This document shows positions 1 to 12,300 of a stretch of DNA of 64,000 nucleotides, in pieces (position 1 is the first letter of the stretch; each line of letters begins with the position of its first letter). The DNA comes from Phoronis australis (taxonomy: Eukaryota; Animalia; Phoronida), in NCBI GenBank assembly GCA_002633005.1, contig NMRA01000605.1:1-64000 (forward strand), given 5' to 3'. The notes under the pieces were generated by a model. It searched no databases. It worked only from the letters and a program-made list of their open reading frames with translations, and was not told the DNA's origin. The position numbers were made by a program, and so were the translations under genes.

Positions 1-602
1 TTACCTATTCATGGATAAATGGAGAGTACTTACTCAAACAACTATTTTCTCAGCCAGGACCCTAAACCCTCTGTTAAACTGTGTTTAGTTACACAGGCCA
101 ACTGTGACAGTTGCATGTCTGAGAACAGGATTCACAAAGACATTCTGCTATCACTTACATTGTATGTTCATTTCAAAAGGCCTATTACGTGTGAATGCTA
201 TGACACTCATGATTCACAACCTTCAACAAAATTCTAAGCCAATATGTGGACTAGTTAGCACCCCTTCAAGCCCAAATTGGAAGAATTTTTGCACTCTTCA
301 CATGATACACGCACACGCGCTGCTAGGATTTGACTTTAGTTTAAACGCAAATGAAAAAAGGAAACGGTAGAAGGTTGGAAGTTCATTATGTTTAATTGTG
401 GAAAAAGACGTTAGCTCACCTTTTACAGCCGTTCTATGTGATTGTCAACAGTGCTCGATATGGTGGCCTGCTCATCGCCAATTTGACCTCAGATTGTGTA
501 AAGGCAATCTCAAGTCACCACAAAGTCGCCACTGCGAGTATCAAAATCAGACAATAATTCTCTTGAAATTTGTTTTAAAGTTTGTGTTGACTTCCAAGGT
601 TT

Positions 603-1805
603 AACAGATCAAGTTTGAGTTTAATAATGGAATAAAAACTTACACAAATTAGCAACGCTGTGTCTGCATCTCACGGACTTCAGGTTGGCTTGTGACGTTA
701 TCGTTATTCTGGGCAATTGGTGGCGTTTTGGCCAAACGGCGCGGCATTGACGTCAGTACACCATCCCATACGTGTGACAAATCGAATCTTAAACCGCCTT
801 TTATATTTAAAGACGGACTCTCAATGCGCTCATGGAGAGCTTCTTTTACACCACTTTTGAACCAGTCTTCCCCACAGTTTAGGATAGTGACATCACCGGT
901 TTTGAAATCATGTCCAGTGGTGCACAGGTGGCTAAACATAGCCAAATCATAAGTGTCCCCGTAACTAGGACGACGATGTTGTGACATACGCATCTTAATG
1001 GACTGTTTCGTTTCACTAATGCAACTGTCTGAGCACTGGGGATCCTTACACCTGACACCATAGACAGCACATGATTTATTCACCTTGGGGGTCTTGTCCT
1101 TGACATTAACCAGTTGGCTGCGAAGAGAATTAAACGGTTTGTGGATGATAGAAATGTCAAATTGTTTAGATGTCCTCTTGAGGCGGCCAGAAAGACCCTG
1201 GATGTAGGGATTCGCCACACGAGTGGGAGAACTCACAGTAGTGGTTGTTTGAGTGTTTACTTTTCTCCTCTCTGATCTTTCTGCTTTGGTGAACGACCAA
1301 CGTGGATAACCGCATTTAGCAAGAGCATCTTTAGTGTAATTCAGTTCCTTAGAAATGGTCGAAGGATCACAGATGATAGTGTTAGCTCTGTGGTTCAAAG
1401 TGCGAATCACACCCAGCTTGTAGATGAGAAGATGGTTCAAGTCAAATTGCAGATAGTGGTCAGTGTGAGTATTTTTGCGGTAAACCTTTGTGTCAAATGA
1501 TCTGTCCTGTTTAATGGAGATTTAACAGTCAAGAAACGGTAGCTTGCCATCTTTACAGGGTTCCTGAGTAAATTTGATGTTAGGGTCAAACTCATTAATG
1601 AAGTGGTTTAAGATTCGATTTGTCACATGTATGGGATGGTGTACTGCCATTTGGCCAAAACGCCACCAATTGGCCAGAATAACGATAAATTCACAAGCCA
1701 AGTTGAAGTACGTGAGATGCAGACGCAACGTCGCTACTTTTTGTAAGTTTTTATTCCAGTATTGGACTCAAACTTGATCTGTTTTCTCAACTGGATGTCT
1801 AAAAA
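603..1805 (-). mobile_element. 5'-truncated Penelope-like retroelement (RT C-terminus + GIY-YIG endonuclease) with an inverted pLTR
   Basis: One minus-strand frame reads NHFINEFDPNIKFTQE...LPFLDC*...VYRKNTHTDHYLQF...KLGVIRTLNHRA...CGYP (RT thumb, one stop at 1522-1524), then AVYGVRC..C...CISETK...RMSQH (decayed GIY-YIG) and EALH...PSLN. 603-796 is an inverted copy of 1604-1787. Confidence 0.88.
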
Positions 1806-3417
1806 TTTTCATGCTTTTTCCAAAGTTTAAATTACTAACAGTTTTCCTCGATTTAATACCTTTGATGTAATTATTGCATTTATTTCGTGAAATCGGTGTA
1901 TTTGCCACCACAACAGTCAGCACACATCAAACACGCGCTTAGGAAGTAAACAGACAGAATTGTTCAGCAAAATGGATGAAACATGCACCTCCAATGTATT
2001 CGGTCGTCTGTGTTCTTCGATGGCAGGAACAATGAGTTATGCACATAATTTGTAATGTGAGAAATTGAAGAGGTACGCGTTTTGAAAACGCACAATGCAC
2101 TTTTTAGGTGATGATGTTAGCAAGGACAGCATTCTTTACCGAATCACTTCGCATATCTGTCACCGTGTTTAATTCCCTCATTACAATCGGCAAAAAATCA
2201 CTCAAAAATGCATTAAATGTGAATAAAAATTATGCTAAAGTATGAAATAATATGTTGCTTTACCTATCTGTCGCAATACCTGTTTAATAATACTTTGCAC
2301 GAGTTTTTGCAGCTACATAATCGATTTTTCAGAGCAAAATGGTTGCCGGTAAAAATGACTATTTGGTTTTCAACACAGGAGAAGATAATAAACTCGACTT
2401 TTGACGTGAAACTTCGCGAGTTTGTAGAAGGGATGCTTACGAACACAGTTATGTAAAGTAGTTTTCACTTTCCTGCACTTAAAAGTTGAAAAAGTTGCCT
2501 GTTCCCACGACATTCAACTTCGATCTAAATTTATTATCGCATAAATTAGTTATAACAGTTGAAAAAAAATCTTTTTCTACAATGAAATCATCTCATTGAA
2601 CTAACAGTATGTCACTGCTTCATTTTTTTCATTTGTTTTTAAACTCAAGTCAAACCCCGACAGCACACGTGCGTGTGTCATATCAAGAAGGCAAAGAGAT
2701 ACTAAAAACTTCAATGAGTTTGTACGTGCTTTAGTCGTCTGCACTCATTCATCGAAACGACTTCGTGACGTCATCAGATTTCATTTTATGGATAATTTTG
2801 TAGCGAATGGAGCTGTGTTCTAGCAGCATATATGTCAAAACACTCGAGCAGAAATTTGGCTACAAGGTGCCCGCAGCCATTAATTGGTTAGTCAGTTTTC
2901 CGTGGTGTGGCATATGGGGAAACCTGGTGTCCGATATTTAGGTTCTCCGAAGGTTTGCTAGTAGGGAGGATAATCGAAAAGTAGGTCACGGTGCTCCATA
3001 TCTGCATCCGTGTAAAACCCAAGTCGGTAAATTACCCGATTTCAGACTTCAGAATTAACTATAAGACAATTTTGAGTTATAAATTGTTACCTTAGTCTTT
3101 ATTTGTAAGTTTGAAATCTTTTTGTCTCGAATTATCGCTAATAAATCATTTTTTGTAAGCTTTTTTAGCGCACAATTTTCCGCCATGCGATTAACTTTCA
3201 AAAAAGTGCCTCTTGTTCCTCCTGTCCAAAAGAGCACTATACTCTCGAATACAAACATGAAATTTGGACAGGATGTAGTTTAGATGCGTGCGCATCTCCT
3301 CAAGTTGTTTTCTTGAAGTCAAGGCCAAGTTTTCATGGTGAGTTTTCGATCATCCGGAAGGCCTAATTTTGATCGGTCGGGAGATTGAAGTTTTTCCAGT
3401 TGCGCAATATGCCCCCC

Positions 3418-3518
3418 NNNNNNNNNNNNNNNNNNNNNNNNNNNNNNNNNNNNNNNNNNNNNNNNNNNNNNNNNNNNNNNNNNNNNNNNNNNNNNNNNNN
3501 NNNNNNNNNNNNNNNNNN
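3418..3518. other. Assembly gap (others at 6845-7215 and 38464-38550)
   Basis: Runs of N. Confidence 0.99.
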
Positions 3519-3762
3519 TTTTGTTGCGTAAATGATAAAAACCTTCATGTTAAGAGTGATTTGTTTTCCCAAATGGTCTTTTGACTACTTTCTGATGTTT
3601 TTTTGCTATGATACGATCTAATAGTACATGGGTGGCACCCAGCACTGAAAAAAGTGGGGGAGCTATAGCCTTCCCCAGAGACCCCAGCCCCCTGTCAGGC
3701 CATGATGTGTTGCCCTCGTAGTAGTATTCATGGGCAGATCTGGGTAACATCACGCTAAGGGG

Positions 3763-4309
3763 TAGGCAATGACCATCGCCTCTGTTGGCCCGAACCAGAG
3801 GCGATGCAGCTCCTATAGGCGCTCTGTACGCCGGAAGCTTTTCGGCGAATTATGCCTCGCACCAACTAAACCATCAAAGTCACGTTGTTATAAATACCTT
3901 TTGTGCATAGAGGAACACCTTAGGAGGTTGTCGATGTGTTTAATTCCTTCCAACTCGAACAAATACTCCCGTTATGAAACTTTTTCTTCGAGCAGTCCCT
4001 ATTTCAGTTCCCAAAATTGTGAAATCAACATTTTTATACCGCGCATGCTCCAATTTTTACCGCGCTCGCTAGGTGATGTGACTTTATGACCTCAATCTTT
4101 AAATAGGCCAAAGGTGAGCCATTGCGGTCTTGTCAGTCAAATGTTCGTTTCCAACCTCCTAAGGTGTTCCTCTATGCGCAAAAGGTATTTATAACAACGT
4201 GACTTTGATGGTTTAGTCGGTGCGAGGCATAATTCGCCGAAAAGCTTCCGGCGTACAGAGCACCTATAGGAGCTGCATCGCCTCTGGTTCGGGCCAACAG
4301 AGGCGACTA
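3763..4309. mobile_element. Long-TIR MITE (about 170-bp TIRs starting TAGGCAATGACC), copy 1
   Basis: 3763-3930 is the reverse complement of about 4152-4309 (right TIR lacks TGGTCATTGC). No TSD visible. Nested in a short CATGGGC...-type element (about 3729-4463). Confidence 0.85.
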
Positions 4310-4961
4310 GCATTTTTAGATAGGAGGGGGGACCAGGGCAGAGTATTACGCAGGATTTTACCCGTAAGATATTTGCACCCTCAAACTGCCAAATGAAATC
4401 TGGGAGTTTTAGGGGGAGGGGAGCACGGGCTGGCCCCCTCGCCCCTCCCCAAATCCACCAATGTTGTCTTGTTTTTTGATGTGAAATTTCCTCCTAGCTC
4501 AGATGTATTTATTTCTGAGCTGATGTGTTGTTTTTTGCTCTTTACCTTTTAAGCTGTGTAATCCATTGTTTTCATCAAACACGAGGTTGATGATGAGCCT
4601 GTTCCATATGCTAACAACACATTTAAACAGCAATATCTCTGTAGAAATCGATCCAAATTTTATATAAAACACACCACCATGTTTGTCTCAATGAGACATT
4701 TTTTTATGTGCAGCACATGTATATTATTTTATTTTTTACGAAATTATGTAAAAAGGCAGATATTTTACGCACAATCGTCGCGTTTCAACGGCCATTTTCT
4801 CGGTAACCGCTCACCCAATTTTTCTTATTTTTGCACCATTTCATTTCTCACACCAAAGGCTTTTCAAAAATGTATGACACATGGGTATTGCAAAAAAAAA
4901 TTTAAAAAACGTTGTCCTCCCTATTGCTAGTTGTTTTTTAAAGATTAGTCAAAATATAAAT

Positions 4962-5648
4962 TAGCCAGCCAGCTAGCTGTATGAAGGCTGTCGTCAAAAT
5001 ACAGCTAGGTACCACTGAGTGTGTTTCTTCCATAGAACCCGAAATTGTACACAGCCAGGGTAGTTCTGCTCATCACCTCGACGTGAAACTTGTATCAACA
5101 TGTAAAGCTAAAGACCGGACGGGGTGCATGCAAAATCTGGAATCAACCGACACTCGCCTTGGCCGTTACAGCCGTTTAAGTGAAAAACAATGCAATAAAC
5201 GTCATTTTCTTGCTTAACTCTCCGCCTTTTCTAACAATGAAAAGTATGTCGTCGTTTTGAAAACAGTACGCTCGTGTCCCGTGAATGTGCCATTTCCTAA
5301 ATTTTTGCGACAACTTCGCAGCAGCAAAATTTATTCTGAAATTCGGTTTTTCGGTATTGAAATTCTAAAAACTTATAGTGAAGTGAAACCAGTTCCAATT
5401 ATTTGTTGTGACGTGTACGCAAGCTCGTGAAAGAACAACATTTGATTGAAGAATCAGCAAAAAAAGAAACTGGCCAATAGGTGACGCAATATTTCACGGC
5501 GCCGAAGGCCGTCGCTAAAGATCGCTCCACAACTTTAGAAGCAGAATAACGGAAGAACGCCATTTTTTCCAACACCATTAAATGATTTTGTTTACTCAAG
5601 GAAGACTGCAGTTTTTAATGACACTAATTTTGCGTCAGATTTTATCTT
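4962..5648. repeat. About 690-bp dispersed repeat, copy A (uninterrupted)
   Basis: TAGCCAGCCAGCTAGCTGTATGAAGG...GTCAGATTTTATCT is repeated in direct orientation at 6565-6583 + 7404-8080. Confidence 0.85.
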
Positions 5649-5983
5649 ACCACTTTTTTACCCACATCGGTGCAAAGCTGTATATATTTAGTATACAGCT
5701 TTTGACCAAGGCTAAATATAAATGTGCCTTTTGTTGGTGACAAGATATAGTAACAGAACAATTCCATAAAGGTAAGTCTTTATTTCAGCGAAGAATTTAC
5801 AACAATCCGTAGTATTTTCAATTAAATATAATGCAAAGTGTGTCAAAACGTTCGATAATTAGGTCACTTGACTGTACACTTTCTGTACACAGTCAGACTC
5901 AGAGACCCAGTGCAATCTAAATTATGACGTAGCTGGCTGGCATTATTCAACAAGCAAGAAATGAAAATGGTGTTTTGACTCAC

Positions 5984-6031
5984 CGTAGCTAAACCAATTC
6001 GTCGTATACATCGACGAACAAAGTTGGACAT
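5984..6031 (-). CDS. Candidate first coding exon (MSNFVRRCIRRIGLAT) of an unidentified gene divergent from TUBGCP3
   Basis: ATG at 6031-6029, 16 open codons, then a strong donor ACG|GTGAGT, about 360 bp from the TUBGCP3 ATG. Downstream exons were not identified with confidence. Confidence 0.35.
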
Positions 6032-6390
6032 CGTCACTCGCTTGGCTCACCAATTCTTCATTTTCAACAACAAAATTACGAAGCGGCCCACCTCGCGAAA
6101 GGCGGAAGTTGATGGAAAGTTAAAATGTGGCATTTTCGTAACTTTAATTTCGAATTCTTGGTATTTACTGAGGCAATTAATTGAATGAACATTGTTATTG
6201 GGAATCACTTTCTTGCAGTTGATATTTATTCTTCTTTGTTACTCCAACCGTTTATTCAATGTTAGTTTAATACTGATCTACACTCCTGTTATGATTTTAT
6301 ACGAAACTGAATATAGGTACCTTTTTCGAACATCTCAGTCAAGGCGCGGAAAAACAAGTCCTTCGTGAGGACAGAAGTACAGAAGTTGAA
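6032..6390. promoter_or_regulatory. TUBGCP3 promoter/5' region, possibly bidirectional
   Basis: Directly upstream of the ATG at 6391; local CpG-rich patch with an ETS-like GGCGGAAGT at about 6101-6109. Confidence 0.45.
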
Positions 6391-9300
6391 ATGTCCAGTG
6401 TTGACTTTAGGGAGAATGCTAGCATTTTACAAAAGTTATGTTCCAGGATCACTGGTAAAACAGAAAGTACGTGTTACAATTCCGTCTACAGCTTTCTCAT
6501 ATTTTAGTGACTATTCATGCAGATTCCGTTTCGTTTATTTGTCATGCCAAGAATTGTAGGATCCTAGCCAGCCAGCTAGCTGTTAGGCAATGACCATCGC
6601 CTCTGTTGGCCCGAACCACAGGCGATGTAGAGGCTATAGGCGCTCTGTACGCCGGAAGCTTTTCGGCGAATTATGCCTCGCACCGACTAAACCATCAAAG
6701 TCACGTTGTTATAAATACCTTTTGCGCATAGAGGAACACCTTAGGAGGTTGTCGATGTGATTAATTCCTTCCAACTCGAACAAATACTCCCGTTATGAAA
6801 CTTTTTCTTCGAGCAGTCCCTATTTCAGTTCCCAAAATCGTGAANNNNNNNNNNNNNNNNNNNNNNNNNNNNNNNNNNNNNNNNNNNNNNNNNNNNNNNN
6901 NNNNNNNNNNNNNNNNNNNNNNNNNNNNNNNNNNNNNNNNNNNNNNNNNNNNNNNNNNNNNNNNNNNNNNNNNNNNNNNNNNNNNNNNNNNNNNNNNNNN
7001 NNNNNNNNNNNNNNNNNNNNNNNNNNNNNNNNNNNNNNNNNNNNNNNNNNNNNNNNNNNNNNNNNNNNNNNNNNNNNNNNNNNNNNNNNNNNNNNNNNNN
7101 NNNNNNNNNNNNNNNNNNNNNNNNNNNNNNNNNNNNNNNNNNNNNNNNNNNNNNNNNNNNNNNNNNNNNNNNNNNNNNNNNNNNNNNNNNNNNNNNNNNN
7201 NNNNNNNNNNNNNNNACATCGACAACCTCCTAAGGTGTTCGTCTATGCGCAAAAGGTATACAGTTATAACAACGTGACTTTGATGGTTTAGTCGGTGCGA
7301 GACATAATTCGCCGAAAAGCTTCCGGCGTACAGAGCGCCTATAGCCTCTACATCGCCTCTGGTTCGGGCCAACAGAGGCGATGGTCATTGCCTAGCTAGC
7401 TGTATGAAGACTGTCGTCAAAATACAGATAGGTACTGTGTGTATTTCTTCCATAGACCCCGAAATTGCACACAGCCAGGTTAGTTCTGCTCGTCACCTCG
7501 CCGTGAAACTTGTTTCAACATGTAAAGCTAAAGACCGGACGGGGTGCATGCAAAATCTGGGAGTCAACCAACACTCACCTTACCCGTTACAGCCGCTTAA
7601 GTGAAAAACAATGCAATAAACAGCATTTTCTTGCGTTACTCTCCACCTTTTCTAACAATGAAAAGTTTGTCGTCGTTTTGAAAACAGTACGCTTGCGCCA
7701 TTTCCTAAATTTTTGCGACGTTTCTCGGGAGATAATGATAGCTTGACAACAGCAAAATTTCTTCTGAAATTCGGTTTTTCGATATCAAAAATTCTAAAAA
7801 CTTATTATGAAGTGAAACCAGTTCCCATGCATAATTTGTTGTGACGTGTACGCAACCTCGTGTAAGAACAACAGTTGATTGAAGAATCGGCGAAAAAAGA
7901 AACTGACCAACAGGTGACGCAATATTTCATGGCGCCGAAAGCCGTCGCTAAAGATCGCTCCACAACTTTAGCAGCAGAGTAACGGTAGAACACCATTTTT
8001 TCCAACACTGTTAAATAATTTAGTTTACTCAAGGAAGACTGTAGTTTTTAATGACACTAATTTTATGTCAGATTTTATCTGTAGGAAACATTGACAACCC
8101 ATCATTTGTTGACAAAGAACTGCAGAATGCATTTCCATAACAGCAAGAGCGCAGAAACTGTACCTTGAACATTGTCATTCATTTTTACTCACCTGCTTAT
8201 CAATACATGAATCATCTGTTTGGTGATGAACATTGTTTTCTATACTGTGATACCGGTCTGTCCAGGGTTAGCTCGTTTATAATTAATGATTGTGATCAAC
8301 AACTAATCCATTGTTTAACTTCTTTCAGATGAAAGCACCGACTGCCTGAACACTGCTCTTCGCATCTTGGCTAGGTTGGTGTAGATATAAACATAGCTTG
8401 ACTGTTTCCTTCTGTTTAATGTCTCGAGCATTTAATCTGTAAGTCTGATAAAAACTCGAGGAATGAGCAGTATGGTAATTTTCTACACATCTTGCTGACT
8501 GTCCTGATTTACCACATTCCAAGTTATCTGGCAAAATTATTTAAAATGTTCCAAAAACAACATTTTTGAAAGACCAAAGGTGGCTATAACCTGAATTCAT
8601 AGTTAGGAAGAATGCTTTGCTGTAATTAGCGCCTGGTTTGAATGTGCATGAAAAAAGAACACATTGGATATGGAACTGTTGCCGAACATGGATCAGTGTT
8701 TAATGGAATTTTTGAATAGTCTAGAAGTGGGTATACCGGGGCTATGATTGAAAAGCGAAGGACAGGTAGACATTTCGGAACTTGTTCACAGTGCCACACT
8801 TAAATTTTAAGAAATTGTAATCTGTCCACTTAGTCTTGAGGTAAATTGGCTTGAAAGGTTTCAAGTGCCTTTTTATAGTTTTATATACCAATTTGATCAG
8901 AAACTCATCCAAAAAGTAATATTTGACTGTAAATTAGAGTCGCAATATGATTATTGTAACCTTTGTAAACTTAGTATATATACATTGCTAGGAAGAAAAT
9001 CATCTTGTTAAAATTATATTTTGTAGCAATATCAACCAAGCTAACGATGTTGATGAGTTTCAAGTGTGTGAGAAGATCAAGAAAAGATGTAAGTTTCATT
9101 CACTTTCTATTATTAAAGGGACATGATCATGTGTACAGCTGATTATTGCTGAATGGTACAGACTTTGAAGATTAGCTTGGACCAGATCTATAAAGCAATA
9201 AAGCCTGTGTTTTTACCATTTTATTACAATTCTCCAATTCTCGCCTTCGTTGTCTGCCAGGTATTCGCCAAAACCAAGGTCATTGGCTTTACTAGTTAAA

Positions 9301-12300
9301 CATGTTTAAAATACTCTGACATAAAGCGAGTTGGATTTAGATGGACAAGTACAGCTGTTGTCTGCGACACTAGAACTTCAGGTTTAATTCCACAATAGGG
9401 CTTATCTCAAGAAAAGATTTTTCTCACTGGTAATGTCATTTTTTGTAGCCTGAGGCACCCTGCCTGTCCTGAGGCACCCTGCCTGTCCAGTATGATGAGA
9501 TCACTTTTAGTAGCCTGAGGCACCCTGCCTGTCCAGTATTATGAGATCACTTTTAGTAGCCTGAGGCACCCTGCCTGTTCAGTATCGTGAGATCACTTTC
9601 AGTAGCCTGAGGCACCCTGCCTGTCCAGTATCATGATGGGAAATGACTAAAATGGAATTGGACTTGTCTCAGATGTTTCTAGCAATATTCCATAATTGAC
9701 CTATCGCCAGGATTATGACAGACGGCTTAATTGACCAATCAGAATGCAGCATTCTTGCCAAACCTTCGTCTGCGTTTCCAAGCCGCCATTTTACCAGACA
9801 AACCACACGCAGTCGAATAAAACTTACTTTAGACTATAGCTCAAGAAATTGTCCGCTAAGAATGGGGAAACGGTGTAGATATGGCGTGTGTAGCACCGAC
9901 AGCCGTAATGTTGCTCCAGAATAATATCCCGTCATTGTTTGGTATGTCCTAAGCCGAAAAATGATGTTGAAAAGCGTAAACTATGGATCAAACTGTACGA
10001 CCACACGAACAGCTGAACTTAGCGATGTTGCTTGATAACTCGAAGGCTATAGTAAACACAAATATATTAGTTCCAAGATACGCACTTTTCAGCTTGGTGG
10101 CTATGGTGCAGGGCTATCTCAGATTTTGACTCTCGAGTTGGTTACGTCTGGCCGCCTTTGTCTCGGCACCTGCTGGATCTCAGCACTCTAGCGGTAGTCC
10201 CCGGAAATAGTTGTTTTCAAGGACATTTAATTTTATGTTTTTTTTTTTAAATTTAATCAACCTAATGGACATTATTTTGTTTCGTATCAGAGGTACATTT
10301 TTGTTATTCATAAACCGCAAGCTGGCGTTCAACTGAACTTCTCTCTCCGGTCAAAATTCAGAGATTCGATCGGCACAGGGAAGGGCACTGGATTACTGCT
10401 GGAACTCAAAGCCTTGGTCGATCTGTTGTCACTAAAAATAAACTGTTGAATTACTTTTTGACGTGTACCTCTAGTATACACTATGTCTGTACAGTTAGAG
10501 AGAGCTCATTTTGAAGTTGTTCAAACATGTTATTTAGATTTATGAAGCTTTAAAAAAGAATTTGAGTTATTTTTGTAAATACCCTATTTTTGCAACTACC
10601 ACGCCAGACTTGTAATCTTTTGTAACCATACCACGACTTAGTGATCATGCTACCTTCAAAATTAAATGAAAGCTACCTTTTTTGGAATGAAACTACAAAA
10701 AAATGCCAAGTTCATAAGAAGGTAGGCCTAATTTAAATGTCTTAATGGTGCAAACAGACAATTCCATAGGCGGATTTCCCTGGCTCCTGCAAGCAAAATG
10801 AAACAGCAAGAGCGTAAGGAAATATTGAGTTCAGTAACTAGGACCGGTAGCGGAAGAGGGGGGCTCAGACCCCAGATCGCGTTTTCTTTTAGTCCAACGA
10901 TAGATTTTCTGAACAGAAGGTCCAACGGTCTACATCCCGGGCCCCTGCAACTTTCGGGCCACCTGTGCACATACAATTGCACTTTGCCCAATTCCACGAG
11001 GCAACATATGTTGACCCCCCTGTAGTATCCTAGATCCGCCACTGAATTCCAGACATTAATTTTACTTAGACACAGCCCTAGACCTACCGGAGCTAACTGT
11101 TTGGCCAGGACAAGATGAGTGTGTACCTGAGCTATGAACCTGAATTTTTTTATCAAAATATTTCGTTACAAGATTAGAAAAGCGTAAACAGTGCTATCGA
11201 GTGCACCTGGTCAGACACTATAGTGCATGTGTTGTCTGTAATCTATGACCTACTTTACTCCAGGAGTCCCACCAGTTGTGACCTACTTTTCATTTGGCGA
11301 AATTTAGCAGACGACAGAATAAAAATATCGGTGAATCTTCACTGATTTTATTCGAAACATCATGAAATATATGGAACCGTACAGATAATTCGAGTTTAAG
11401 GTACATACCCAGCTTTACATGAACATATCGTATCAGTGGCCTTGTCATTTGTCGGGTGAAGGTGGCCCCAAGGCCGAGGGGTTCATCGGATTTTCGCTTA
11501 TAGCTCCTCGAGCACTTATTTTTTCATCGTCACCTTTACAAATTCCCATATCATGAACGTACGATTCACTGTTGAAAAGCATCGCCTCTTGTCTCTGTCG
11601 ACGCGTTTTCAAATAGTACAAAAACACTCATCGATTCCACCAGGAACGTCGTTTAGCGACAGTGTATTTGCCTCTAACATCTTGTTCGAATGTCGGGTAT
11701 CACGTGACTTTTCGCATAGGGGCGGAGCTTGCGATAGGTCAATTCACTTGTAGGTATCAGAATTCACATAATTTTGATTTCTATGTACTGAGTGGGAACA
11801 ATAAAACAGAAATTTTTCAAATGCAGTCTGTGATAAAAACCTCATTGCCTTTCATCTATATGCCAGCAGGCGTTCCAATTTGTAAGTTCTAGCATCAGCA
11901 GAAAACGAAATGTTTGCTTAAAAATCCAAACATCGTAGCCGAAAATAAAAGCTTGATTTTCTGGTAATCAACTGGTGGGTCTTTGGTAGAGTTCTAGTAT
12001 CCTAGGGATGCGTCAGTACTGCGAACTGAGGGCCTGTCTGCAACAAGGTAATCAAAGAATTGTGTGAACATGCAAAGTTGACTCCCTTGACATTTTATTT
12101 TTTCAATGTTCAAGCAGTGTTAACTCTTCGTGAAGGTGGCACTGTTCTCTTTCCGGTTTCCTCTTGAGGGACCTCATTTTTCCCTGAAAATTATTTCTAA
12201 AGATCAAATTATACATGGAATACCTTGATGAAAAGTATTTATGTAGTCCTTCACTGATAATGCCACCCTCTACATGTTCTATTAATAAAAAGACTTTAAT

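Noticed and set aside
1860-3417. Repeat-like region with short ORFs before the first gap
   Set aside because: I could not define TIRs, TSDs or coding motifs; left unannotated.
6761-7372. Long ORFs of 203 and 160 aa
   Set aside because: They are open only because they cross an N gap inside a MITE.
9448-9635. Regularly spaced repeats resembling a CRISPR array (also 28668-28818, 49975-50260, 63700-63985)
   Set aside because: The units are contiguous with no unique spacers, the context is eukaryotic and there are no cas genes.
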